Part shown: positions 36,952 to 45,184 of the stretch, piece by piece
Numbering within the stretch: the stretch's first letter is position 1
How the letters are laid out: each line of letters opens with the position of its first letter
Assembly: GCA_003528115.1 (NCBI GenBank)
Contig: DOGZ01000014.1
Span: 166,081-230,080, forward strand
Source: Candidatus Omnitrophota bacterium
Lineage (GTDB): Bacteria > Omnitrophota > Gorgyraeia > Zapsychrales > Zapsychraceae
Direction: 5' to 3'
Length of the DNA stretch: 64,000 nt
The notes under the pieces: model-generated
Told to the model about the DNA's origin: nothing
Seen by the model: only the letters and a program-made list of their open reading frames with translations
Database searches by the model: none
Program-made: the position numbers and the translations under genes

Positions 36952-38573
36952 ATAAAAAACAACACCTTGTCTTTGTATTGCTGGCCGGGAGTTTCTTTCT
37001 GTTCTTCGGGCTTGGGGTTTGTTTTGTGGAAAACGCGTGGGACCATCAGGCGGCCGGTGTGGCCCTGATAGGAATTTTGTGTATTTTATTTTGTCTCACG
37101 CGTTTGATGAAAGCTTCTCAAGGAAGGGACGGAACGTTTCGTGGAAAGAAATGGGCGATACTCTGTCTTCTGTTGGTCTTTGGGGGGGCGGTTCTGGCAG
37201 GGATCAATTATTTGGCGCATCGTTATGACCGACGCTGGGATTTGACACGGGCGAAACAGCATACGTTAACGCAGAGGACGGCGTCGCTTCTTAAAGAATT
37301 AAAGGCTGAGGTGAAGATCACCGCCCTTTATGTGGGCATCCCGCCGAAATATGTCGAGGATTTGTTGAAGGAATATGAGCGGTTCTCTGCCGGGAAGGTT
37401 TCATCCGAGATCATTGATCCCCTGGTTCAGATAGGATACGCGGCCCAGTTTGGTCACATCATTAGCGGACAAGAAAAGAAAGTGATTATTCAATCCGCTC
37501 AGGAACGAAGGGACATCGATTTTACGGATAGTCCCTTAAGCGAAGAACAACTGACTAACGCTGTCATCGGGGTGACCCGAGAGGCGCGGACCGTTTATTT
37601 TCTGGTCGGTCACGGGGAATATGATATTGACGCTGAAAAAGAAGAAGGCTTAAATACGTTCACCAAGGCGCTGTTGGCCAATAATATTAAACCCAAGAAT
37701 CTCATGTTAGGGCTTCAGGAAAGAATCCCGGAGGACTGTGATCTTCTGGTGATTGCCGGGCCAAAAGAGTTTCTGACGGAAAAAGAGGAAGTTCTCCTTG
37801 AGGAATATTTGGAGAAGGGTGGAGACGCGTTAATCCTCATTGAACATTCCCTTGTGACAACTCCGGATAAACCTCTGACGGAAGAAGAAAAACAGAAGAA
37901 TCCTTCTCTGAATTCTATCTTGAAGCGCTGGGGCATAGAGGTGGCCCAAGATGTTGTCGTTGATTTGGCCAGCCATGCCAGCGGGGATGTGGGCTGTCCG
38001 GCGACACGGAATTACATGACCCACAAGGCCATTGTCAAAGATCTGGATTACACGTTTTATATCCGTCCCAGATCGATTTCGCTTTTAAGTGATCGTTCGA
38101 GATCTGTCAAACTGGCGCCTTTGGTCTTGACCAGCTCCGGGCAAACCAGTTGGGGAGAAACCGATAGGACACTCCATGTCGAATTTAATGAACAGCTTGA
38201 TCGGCCGGGTCCGGTACCCATCGCCTATGTCATCTGGGAACCCAGAGCTTCCGGTTCTTCCGATAGGGGGCCGTTTCCGGATAACAGCGGACAAAAGAAT
38301 AAATTATCTGATACGCGCCTGATTGTATTTACGGATGCCGACTTTCTCACGAACGCGTATATCGGGCATTATAGTAACGCGCAAATGGGATTGAATCTGG
38401 TGAAGTGGCTTACGGAGTTGGATTATCAAATTTTTGTCCAGCAGGATGCCGTGAAGGTGGAACGGCTTGATTTAACGAGCAGGCAGAAGCGCCTGGTGGC
38501 TTATGTCTTATTTCTTATGCCGGTCTTGATCGCGATGAGCGGGGTGGTGGTGTGGATGCGACAGGAAAGTTGA
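36942..38573 (+). CDS. GldG-like ABC-transporter auxiliary protein (N-terminal TMs, large periplasmic domain, C-terminal TM)
   Basis: Its topology and position after GldA/GldF-like genes fit. The C-terminal anchor is RLVAYVLFLMPVLIAMSGVVVW. Confidence 0.6.
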   Translation: MALDKKQHLVFVLLAGSFFLFFGLGVCFVENAWDHQAAGVALIGILCILFCLTRLMKASQGRDGTFRGKKWAILCLLLVFGGAVLAGINYLAHRYDRRWDLTRAKQHTLTQRTASLLKELKAEVKITALYVGIPPKYVEDLLKEYERFSAGKVSSEIIDPLVQIGYAAQFGHIISGQEKKVIIQSAQERRDIDFTDSPLSEEQLTNAVIGVTREARTVYFLVGHGEYDIDAEKEEGLNTFTKALLANNIKPKNLMLGLQERIPEDCDLLVIAGPKEFLTEKEEVLLEEYLEKGGDALILIEHSLVTTPDKPLTEEEKQKNPSLNSILKRWGIEVAQDVVVDLASHASGDVGCPATRNYMTHKAIVKDLDYTFYIRPRSISLLSDRSRSVKLAPLVLTSSGQTSWGETDRTLHVEFNEQLDRPGPVPIAYVIWEPRASGSSDRGPFPDNSGQKNKLSDTRLIVFTDADFLTNAYIGHYSNAQMGLNLVKWLTELDYQIFVQQDAVKVERLDLTSRQKRLVAYVLFLMPVLIAMSGVVVWMRQES

Positions 38574-38574
38574 G

Positions 38575-40224
38575 TTGATCAATTTGATGATTTCAAAAAA
38601 AAATCTTCCGTCTCCAAAATTCTTTTCCACGCGCCCATTCCTCCTTTCCGCGATTTTGTTGTTTTTTTTGTGTCTTCTTGCTTACAGCAATTGTTTCCGG
38701 CATGGTTTTCTCCTGGATGATTATACGCATTTGCTCAATGAGGATAATTTGGAGAAAGTTACATGGGCAGAACTTTTTTCTAAGGCGTACAAGGGATTTT
38801 ACAGGCCGTTCGCCTTTATGTTTCTTAAAGGCATGCTGGGGGTGTTTAAAGACGCGGGCGTCGCGTATCACGTTTTTAACTTAATCCTTTTTTATGGGAT
38901 ATGCTTGATGTTTTACAGATTATGGATCGAATTATTCAAAGATCAGCGTTTGGCTTTGCTTGCCTGTTCTCTCTTCGCGGCCCATCCGGTGAATGCCATG
39001 CTGGTGAATTATAAGACGGCGAGTAACAACAGTATCTTCATTTTGTGTATGCAGATGAGCGCGTGGCTGCTGGTGAAATCTATGGATGCGCGAAAGACAG
39101 GATATTATTACGCGAGTTTATTGTTTTATTTCTTAAGCCTTCTGTCCCACGAAATTAGTTTTATTCTGCCGGTGTATCTCTTTCTTATTTTATTTCTCCT
39201 AAGGGATTACGGAGGGAAGAAAAGCGGGGTGTCTTGCTTGTCTTTTTTGGTTCCTTTGACGGTATATTTAATTATTCGACGGAATATCGCCGGTCTCAGC
39301 CCCATGGCCGATCCTTTTCATCTGGGGATCAGTTTTATTCAATACGTTGGAACCTTGATGTCGTTAATAGGGTGGTATCTCCAAAAACTGGTCGTCCCCG
39401 TGAATATTTTGTTTATTTGGGATGAGCGCATCGCTGAAGGAGGAACGGCGGTTTTTTATGCCGTTTTCTTGATGATGGTGGTGGCCGTTGTTGCTGGTGT
39501 CCTTTACAGGAGAAGACCGGGGGACGTGAAAACTTTTGGCGCTGGGCTCTTGGCCGCAGGATTTATTCCCTTGGGGTTGGCCGGTTTTACGTACTCGGCC
39601 AGTATGAAGACGGTTATTATTGAACCGCATTGGTTCGGCTTTTCTTCGATGGGTTTTTTCCTTCTGGCCGCCGGCATCTTAATAAATCTCAGGAAATTCG
39701 CGCATGAGAAAATCCGGATCCCGGCCTTAGTTATTCTATTGGGAACGCTTTTGCTGTTGACCAGAACAGGCAACGCTGTCTGGAAAGACGAAGAGACCTA
39801 CTGTACCAATTGGATCGAAACAAATGCCTTAAACGGTGAGCCCTGGAATTGTTTGGCGAGGGTTTACAGAGCCAAGCATGATCAAGGTTTAAATAAGAAC
39901 AGATATCAAGACTGCACGGAGGCCGCTTATTTGGCGTTTGCGTATCATGTGACGGGAGACGGTACGCGGTCGTTGAATTATTACAATATGGCCTTAGACA
40001 TTAACCGTGATTGTCCGGTTGCCTATTATGGTCTGGGGCTATTATATACTATCGCTCAGGATGAGGGGTCAGCCGCGTGGGCGTATGATAATGCCCTGCG
40101 CCTGAATCCGGGGTATTACCCTCTGGTCAAGAAACTGGAAGACGTTTTTTACAATCGCCGGAAAAAGGATGCGGCCCGAAGAATCAGAGAACTTTTTTTG
40201 TCGGAGTCTTTCAAGGGGCCGTGA
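38575..40224 (+). CDS. Polytopic membrane protein with DD motif in first periplasmic loop and C-terminal TPR repeats (GT-C fold, PMT/TMTC-like glycosyltransferase candidate)
   Basis: About 11 TM helices are present. FLLDDYTHLL follows TM1. The C-terminal ~150 aa are TPR-like. It is a paralogue of the 60569 gene. Confidence 0.45.
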   Translation: MINLMISKKNLPSPKFFSTRPFLLSAILLFFLCLLAYSNCFRHGFLLDDYTHLLNEDNLEKVTWAELFSKAYKGFYRPFAFMFLKGMLGVFKDAGVAYHVFNLILFYGICLMFYRLWIELFKDQRLALLACSLFAAHPVNAMLVNYKTASNNSIFILCMQMSAWLLVKSMDARKTGYYYASLLFYFLSLLSHEISFILPVYLFLILFLLRDYGGKKSGVSCLSFLVPLTVYLIIRRNIAGLSPMADPFHLGISFIQYVGTLMSLIGWYLQKLVVPVNILFIWDERIAEGGTAVFYAVFLMMVVAVVAGVLYRRRPGDVKTFGAGLLAAGFIPLGLAGFTYSASMKTVIIEPHWFGFSSMGFFLLAAGILINLRKFAHEKIRIPALVILLGTLLLLTRTGNAVWKDEETYCTNWIETNALNGEPWNCLARVYRAKHDQGLNKNRYQDCTEAAYLAFAYHVTGDGTRSLNYYNMALDINRDCPVAYYGLGLLYTIAQDEGSAAWAYDNALRLNPGYYPLVKKLEDVFYNRRKKDAARRIRELFLSESFKGP

Positions 40225-40256
40225 TAGTTCATGCGTAATCCCTCTGTTTTGTAAGC

Positions 40257-40285
40257 TTGTCAAGAGACATCCGGTTGACTATAAT
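40257..40285 (+). promoter_or_regulatory. Sigma70 promoter candidate TTGTCA-N17-TATAAT upstream of the SDR / radical-SAM operon
   Basis: It has a 5/6 match at -35, a perfect -10 and an ideal 17-nt spacer. It lies 72 nt upstream of ATG 40357. Confidence 0.45.
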
Positions 40286-40356
40286 AAGGCCGTCAAAATT
40301 CCATCCAAGATTTTTCTAAAGAATTAACTTTTGGAAAAACCCGTTCGAATCGATTT

Positions 40357-41178
40357 ATGCCTCCAACGCAGATTAAACACTCCTTTCCGTCTTTTGCCGC
40401 GTGGTACGCGGGGAAGAGCGCTTTGGTCACGGGTGCAACGTCGGGCATCGGGAGGGAGATGGCAAGATTATTGATTCGTTATGGGGCCAGAGTCGTGTTT
40501 TGCGGTCGTGAGGAAACGGCGTTAAAATCGCTTGACGAAGAATTAAAAACGCAATCAACGATTCCCCCCGAAGGATTTTGCGTGGATTTGTCCCAGCCGG
40601 ATTCTTTGAAGTCCTTCATCCATAAAATTCGTCAAAAGTATACCATTGACATCCTTGTCAACAATGCCGGGCTGGGATATATGGGGGATTTCTGCAATAT
40701 GCCGGAGAAAATGCTTTTGTCCCTGCAGGACGTGAATATGGCCGCGGTTGTCCGTTTATGCCATGCCTTTTCTTCTGACATGAAAGAGAGGCCGGGGACG
40801 GGGATATTGAATGTCGGTTCCGTCGCGTCCTTTTTCCCGACACCAGGTTCAGCGTTATATGGCGCCACAAAACATTTTATTCTGGGTTTTACCGATGCCT
40901 TGCATCAAGAGATGGCGCCTTTTCAGGTGCATGTCAGTGGTGTTTATCCGGGAAAGACCGCTTCCAGATTTCTGGAACGGGCGACCGAAGGAAGATTGAA
41001 GGTGTGGGAAAAGTCGTCCAGACCCGAAGATGTGGCCCGGCTGGGACTTCAAGGCTTAATGAAAAATAAGATTAGGACCATTCCTGGTTTGGATAATCAG
41101 ATAAAGGTTTTGATGGCTTCTGTTTTACCGGTTTCCTTCACTCTGAGAAAAATGGCAGCCCGCCATCCGCGTCAGTAA
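40357..41178 (+). CDS. Short-chain dehydrogenase/reductase (SDR)
   Basis: Motifs are ALVTGATSGIGREMA, NNAG and the catalytic YGATK. Confidence 0.8.
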   Translation: MPPTQIKHSFPSFAAWYAGKSALVTGATSGIGREMARLLIRYGARVVFCGREETALKSLDEELKTQSTIPPEGFCVDLSQPDSLKSFIHKIRQKYTIDILVNNAGLGYMGDFCNMPEKMLLSLQDVNMAAVVRLCHAFSSDMKERPGTGILNVGSVASFFPTPGSALYGATKHFILGFTDALHQEMAPFQVHVSGVYPGKTASRFLERATEGRLKVWEKSSRPEDVARLGLQGLMKNKIRTIPGLDNQIKVLMASVLPVSFTLRKMAARHPRQ

Positions 41179-41218
41179 ATGTGCTTTTTTTGAAATGCGA
41201 GTGGGGCATTAGTTTTAA

Positions 41219-41445
41219 GCCTTAAGGGAATATGCCCGAGGCGAGTTCCGGAGCCAACAGGCCTCTTCAGGCGGATGAGTCCGACGATCCGTCGCTCAAA
41301 CAGTCTTCGCGGCGCGGCTATTTCTTAAAGAATTTGTTGTAAGCCGCTTGCTGCGGAACTCGCTTGGGGATCCTTGGACTCATCCGCGTCCAGAAAGGGC
41401 TGTTGTACGAGGACTGTCTGAGCCGCGGGCATATTCCCTTAAGGC
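41219..41445. repeat. Perfect 20-bp inverted repeat (GCCTTAAGGGAATATGCCCG / CGGGCATATTCCCTTAAGGC) enclosing ~187 nt with two further imperfect complementary pairs; structured leader or MITE-like element
   Basis: The left arm is at 41219-41238 and the right arm at 41426-41445. The inner pairs are GGCGGATGAGTCC (41270) / GGACTCATCCGC (41376) and AGGCGAGTTCCG (41239) / CGGAACTCGCTT (41355). The element lies 64 nt upstream of the first radical SAM gene. Confidence 0.5.
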
Positions 41446-41508
41446 GTATTTAAGGTTACCCATGTGTAATTTCAAAGAACCGAAAATATAATCAAAGGTT
41501 ATGGACAG

Positions 41509-42618
41509 ATGAAGATCAACAGATGGACACGGTGGATACAAACGTTTCATTATCCCTCGTATTTTATATTTTTTGTGACCGCCCGCTGTAACGCCCGATG
41601 TCCGATGTGCTTTTATATGGAGAATATGGAAAGCAACGCGGCGAAGCGGGAGTTGAGGGTCGAGGAATATGAAAAGATCAGTCGCAGTATCCCATTGATC
41701 AATATCCTGGGTATTTCCGGCGGGGAACCGTTCTTGAGAGAGGATTTGCATGAGATTGTTCAGGTGATGTATAAAAACTGCTCGCCCTGGGTTGTTGATC
41801 TGCCGACCAATGGCTTTTTAACAAAAAGCGTGCTCAAACAGGTGGAAGAGATCGCACGGCGTTGTCCGGATATGGTGGTGGATCTCCAGCTTTCCATAGA
41901 CGGGCCGCCGGAGATCCATAATCAGATCCGAGGGCTTAAGGATGGGTTTGGCCGTATGCGCGAGACCTATCTGGGCTTGGTGGCGCTCAAGAAACGCTAC
42001 AGGAATTTGAAGGTCAAGGCCTGCGTGGTGTATTCGCATTATAACCAGGATCATATAGAGCCATTATTCGACATGCTTCACAGCGATTTTACGGATTTGG
42101 ACAGAATCGTTTTCTCCGTGGCGCACGGAAGCGTCTACAACGATGAAGCCATGGCTTTTGATTGGGAAAGGTATTTCAAGAACTGCGCGCGGATCCGAGA
42201 GGCGTCGACAGTAAAAGACATTAAAGATCTGCATTCGATTTTTACGATAGCCTTGAGAATTGTCAAAAATGATTTGCTTAAAGAGATCCTCCGGAAAAAA
42301 AATATGGTTCAATTATGCGGGGCCGGTCAAAAGGTTGTTGTGATTAATGAGCTTGGTCAGGTGTTTCCTTGTGAACCGCTATGGCGGCCCGTGGGGGATT
42401 TGACAAAGAATGGGTATGACCTGAATCAAATCCTTCGATCTGAGGCCATGAAACAATTCCAGGATCAAATCGTCCGGGAGAAATGCAACTGCCATTGGGG
42501 GCTGCCGATGTCCACCGCGCTCATTTATAGTCCCAGGTATTATCCGAAGATTTTGTTTGAAATGACAAGGATCTTATCCAGGAGTTTATTCCGCTCAAAA
42601 AAAATGGAAAACTTCTAA
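41509..42618 (+). CDS. Radical SAM enzyme with C-terminal SPASM/twitch-like Cys cluster
   Basis: The motif is CNARCPMC (CxxxCxxC). A GGEP-like ISGGEPFL is present. C-terminal cysteines occur in CGAGQ…PCEP…CNCHWG. Confidence 0.8.
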   Translation: MKINRWTRWIQTFHYPSYFIFFVTARCNARCPMCFYMENMESNAAKRELRVEEYEKISRSIPLINILGISGGEPFLREDLHEIVQVMYKNCSPWVVDLPTNGFLTKSVLKQVEEIARRCPDMVVDLQLSIDGPPEIHNQIRGLKDGFGRMRETYLGLVALKKRYRNLKVKACVVYSHYNQDHIEPLFDMLHSDFTDLDRIVFSVAHGSVYNDEAMAFDWERYFKNCARIREASTVKDIKDLHSIFTIALRIVKNDLLKEILRKKNMVQLCGAGQKVVVINELGQVFPCEPLWRPVGDLTKNGYDLNQILRSEAMKQFQDQIVREKCNCHWGLPMSTALIYSPRYYPKILFEMTRILSRSLFRSKKMENF

Positions 42619-42645
42619 ATTAAGAGGTTTTTCCCCGGGGGTTAC

Positions 42646-44124
42646 TTGAGAATTTTATTGATGTATCCGCAATATACGCACGGCAATGAATTTGACTCCA
42701 GAGCCCCATCCATGTCTCTTGTTTATTTGGCCGCGGTTCTGGAACGCGACGGACATCAGGTGACGGTCTACGATGCCTCGCTCGGGCCCATTGTCAGGAC
42801 GGGACATGTCTATCGTTACGGCTTCTCGGATGAGGATGTCCGTCAATATCTCACGGAGGCGAAATATGATTTTGTCGGGATAACGTGTTCCTTCACCTCC
42901 CGCTGGCGGTTTGTGGATAAGATCGCCCGTTTGGTCAAGGACGTGACGCCGGATGTCCCCGTGGCCATCGGCGGTTTATTTCCAACGTCTGAATGGGCCT
43001 ATTGCTTGCAAGAATGCGCGGCGGTTGATCTTATTTTATTGGGGGAAGCGGAATTGACCTTTTCACGGATAGTTCAGAATATGGCAGGAGGGAGCCGGGT
43101 CTCTGAGGCCTGCCGAGATGCCGACGGTGTGGCGTGGAGGTCAGACAATGAAATCCGGTATAATCCCAAAACGACGTATAATGAGCGTCTGGATGATTTG
43201 CCTTTTCCCGCCTGGCATCTGGTTGACCTTGAACGGTATTTTAAACTCCAGAAAAAGATTTTTGAATTGCCCGTTCCCTGCCTGCCCGTCTTATCCTCCC
43301 GCAGTTGTCCGATGGGGTGCACGTTTTGCAACATGTATGTCACCCACGGTCGCGCCTGGCGGCCCCGTTCTCCGGAGAATGTGCTTGATGAACTGGAATA
43401 TGTGATAAAGCGGTTTGGTGTCCGTCATTTTTATTTTGTCGACGATAATTTTAGTCTGCGCAGCGACAGGGCGAAAAAAATATGCCGCGGCATCCTTGAG
43501 CGAAGACTGAAGATAAAATATAATTTCCACAACGGTTTAAGCATCAAGACCCTGGATGAGGAACTGATTAAAGGGCTGAAGGATTCCGGATGCACCAGTG
43601 TGTGCCTCGCTGTGGAGTCGGGAAGCGAACGCGTCCGCAATCAAGTGTACGGGAAGGGATTAAAAACAGAAAAAATTTTTCAGGTTTTTAACTGGTGTCG
43701 CCGGGTCGGTATTCCGACCATCGGTTATTTTATGGTCGGCGCTCCGGGAGAAACAAGGAAGGATTTTGAGGAAACCAAAGCGCTTGTCGCCAAACTTCCC
43801 ATGAGTCTGGCCACCGTCGGCATTTATACGCCGTATCCCAAGACCGCCTTATATGACCAAAGCAAAGAAAAGGGATGGTTGATTGAGCCGCCGCCAGAGG
43901 ATGAAAACCGGGTGGAGATGTGCTCTGTCATGCTGCGCACACCTGATTTTGAACCGGAAGATGTCGCCGGGTGGCAAAAAGAATTATATTTTTGTTTCAT
44001 CCGGCATCATTGGCCGACACTTCTTCAGGAGTTCTTCCGGCCGTGGGGCGTCGTTAACGGGGACATGATTGGAAAGTTTTGGGGGATCATTAAATTCCAT
44101 TTTTTGAGTCGGAACAGGGCATAA
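42646..44124 (+). CDS. Class B radical SAM enzyme with N-terminal B12-binding-like domain
   Basis: The N-terminus RILLMYPQY…LVYLAAVLERDGHQVTVYD is Rossmann-like. The rSAM core is SSRSCPMGCTFCNMY. Confidence 0.8.
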   Translation: MRILLMYPQYTHGNEFDSRAPSMSLVYLAAVLERDGHQVTVYDASLGPIVRTGHVYRYGFSDEDVRQYLTEAKYDFVGITCSFTSRWRFVDKIARLVKDVTPDVPVAIGGLFPTSEWAYCLQECAAVDLILLGEAELTFSRIVQNMAGGSRVSEACRDADGVAWRSDNEIRYNPKTTYNERLDDLPFPAWHLVDLERYFKLQKKIFELPVPCLPVLSSRSCPMGCTFCNMYVTHGRAWRPRSPENVLDELEYVIKRFGVRHFYFVDDNFSLRSDRAKKICRGILERRLKIKYNFHNGLSIKTLDEELIKGLKDSGCTSVCLAVESGSERVRNQVYGKGLKTEKIFQVFNWCRRVGIPTIGYFMVGAPGETRKDFEETKALVAKLPMSLATVGIYTPYPKTALYDQSKEKGWLIEPPPEDENRVEMCSVMLRTPDFEPEDVAGWQKELYFCFIRHHWPTLLQEFFRPWGVVNGDMIGKFWGIIKFHFLSRNRA

Positions 44125-44131
44125 TGCTTTT

Positions 44132-45184
44132 ATGAAGAAATACGTTAATTATATGACGACCCTTATGAAAGGGCATTGGCTCCGGATCAATATGCCTATT
44201 CTGGTGACGCTCTGCGTGACCAATAGATGCAACCTCAAGTGTTTTTATTGTTACGAAGAATATTATGACAGGAATCACCGGGAATTTACGACGGAAGAAA
44301 TATTCAGGCTTATCGATGAGCTGGTTCAGATGGGGACCAAATATATTTCCATCGGAGGAGGGGAAGCTCTTTTAAGAAAAGACATTGGACAGATCGTTGA
44401 CAGGATCAAGCAGAGAAATATTTTATGCCATTTAAGCACAAACGGGTTGATTGTCAAAGATCATGTGCCGGTTTTAAAAAAGGTTGATTCTCTGGCAATT
44501 AGTATCGACGGCCGTTTGGAAAGTAATGACTTGAACAGAGGCAAGGGGACGTTTCGTAAACTCATCGAAGCCTTTGAGATCTTAAACAAAGAGAAGATTC
44601 AATTCCATTCCCACACGGTGCTGACGAGAAATAATAGCAATGCCGTCGAAGAGCTCATGGTTTTAGCCCGCGCCTATCATTTTCAAGCCCAGTTCAGCCC
44701 GTTGAGAGTTGAGGATTCTCCGGACAAAAGTCTTGGATTAGACGATATTCAGTTAAAAAAGATGATTCAAAAAATCCTAAAGCTTAAAAAACAGGGGGCG
44801 CCTGTTTTCTTCTCCGCCAAGACTTATGAAAACTTTTTGAACTGGCCGTTCCCGGCGTCGAAACAGTTCGTCTTTAATGAAAGTATTAAAGGCTATAAAC
44901 CCATCAAATGTTATATCAAGAATTTTGCCTGCCACATTGAGGCCAACGGTTTGGTCTATCCCTGCATTGTCTTAGTGAACAAATTCAAGGCGCTGAATCT
45001 TTTGGAGGTCGGTTTTCAGAAGGCATGGGAAAATTTGGCTGAAAACGGATGCCGGGCCTGCAATAATATTTGTTGTAATGACCTGAATCTTATCTTTGGT
45101 TTTAATCCCGATTCTATCTGGAATGCCCTGAAAATTGTCGTAGGTCGATTGACGGATAAATCAAGCGCTCCGTCTCTAAAATGA
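44132..45184 (+). CDS. Radical SAM/SPASM-domain enzyme
   Basis: Motifs are CNLKCFYC and GGGEALL. The SPASM cysteines are CYIKNFAC…PC…CRACNNICC. Confidence 0.8.
   Translation: MKKYVNYMTTLMKGHWLRINMPILVTLCVTNRCNLKCFYCYEEYYDRNHREFTTEEIFRLIDELVQMGTKYISIGGGEALLRKDIGQIVDRIKQRNILCHLSTNGLIVKDHVPVLKKVDSLAISIDGRLESNDLNRGKGTFRKLIEAFEILNKEKIQFHSHTVLTRNNSNAVEELMVLARAYHFQAQFSPLRVEDSPDKSLGLDDIQLKKMIQKILKLKKQGAPVFFSAKTYENFLNWPFPASKQFVFNESIKGYKPIKCYIKNFACHIEANGLVYPCIVLVNKFKALNLLEVGFQKAWENLAENGCRACNNICCNDLNLIFGFNPDSIWNALKIVVGRLTDKSSAPSLK

Noticed and set aside
41380-41751. A 123-aa minus-strand ORF spanning the inverted-repeat leader and the start of the first radical SAM gene.
   Set aside because: It overlaps the well-supported rSAM start and the structured leader. 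It has no RBS or recognisable family signature. It is most likely a spurious reading frame through a GC-rich repeat.
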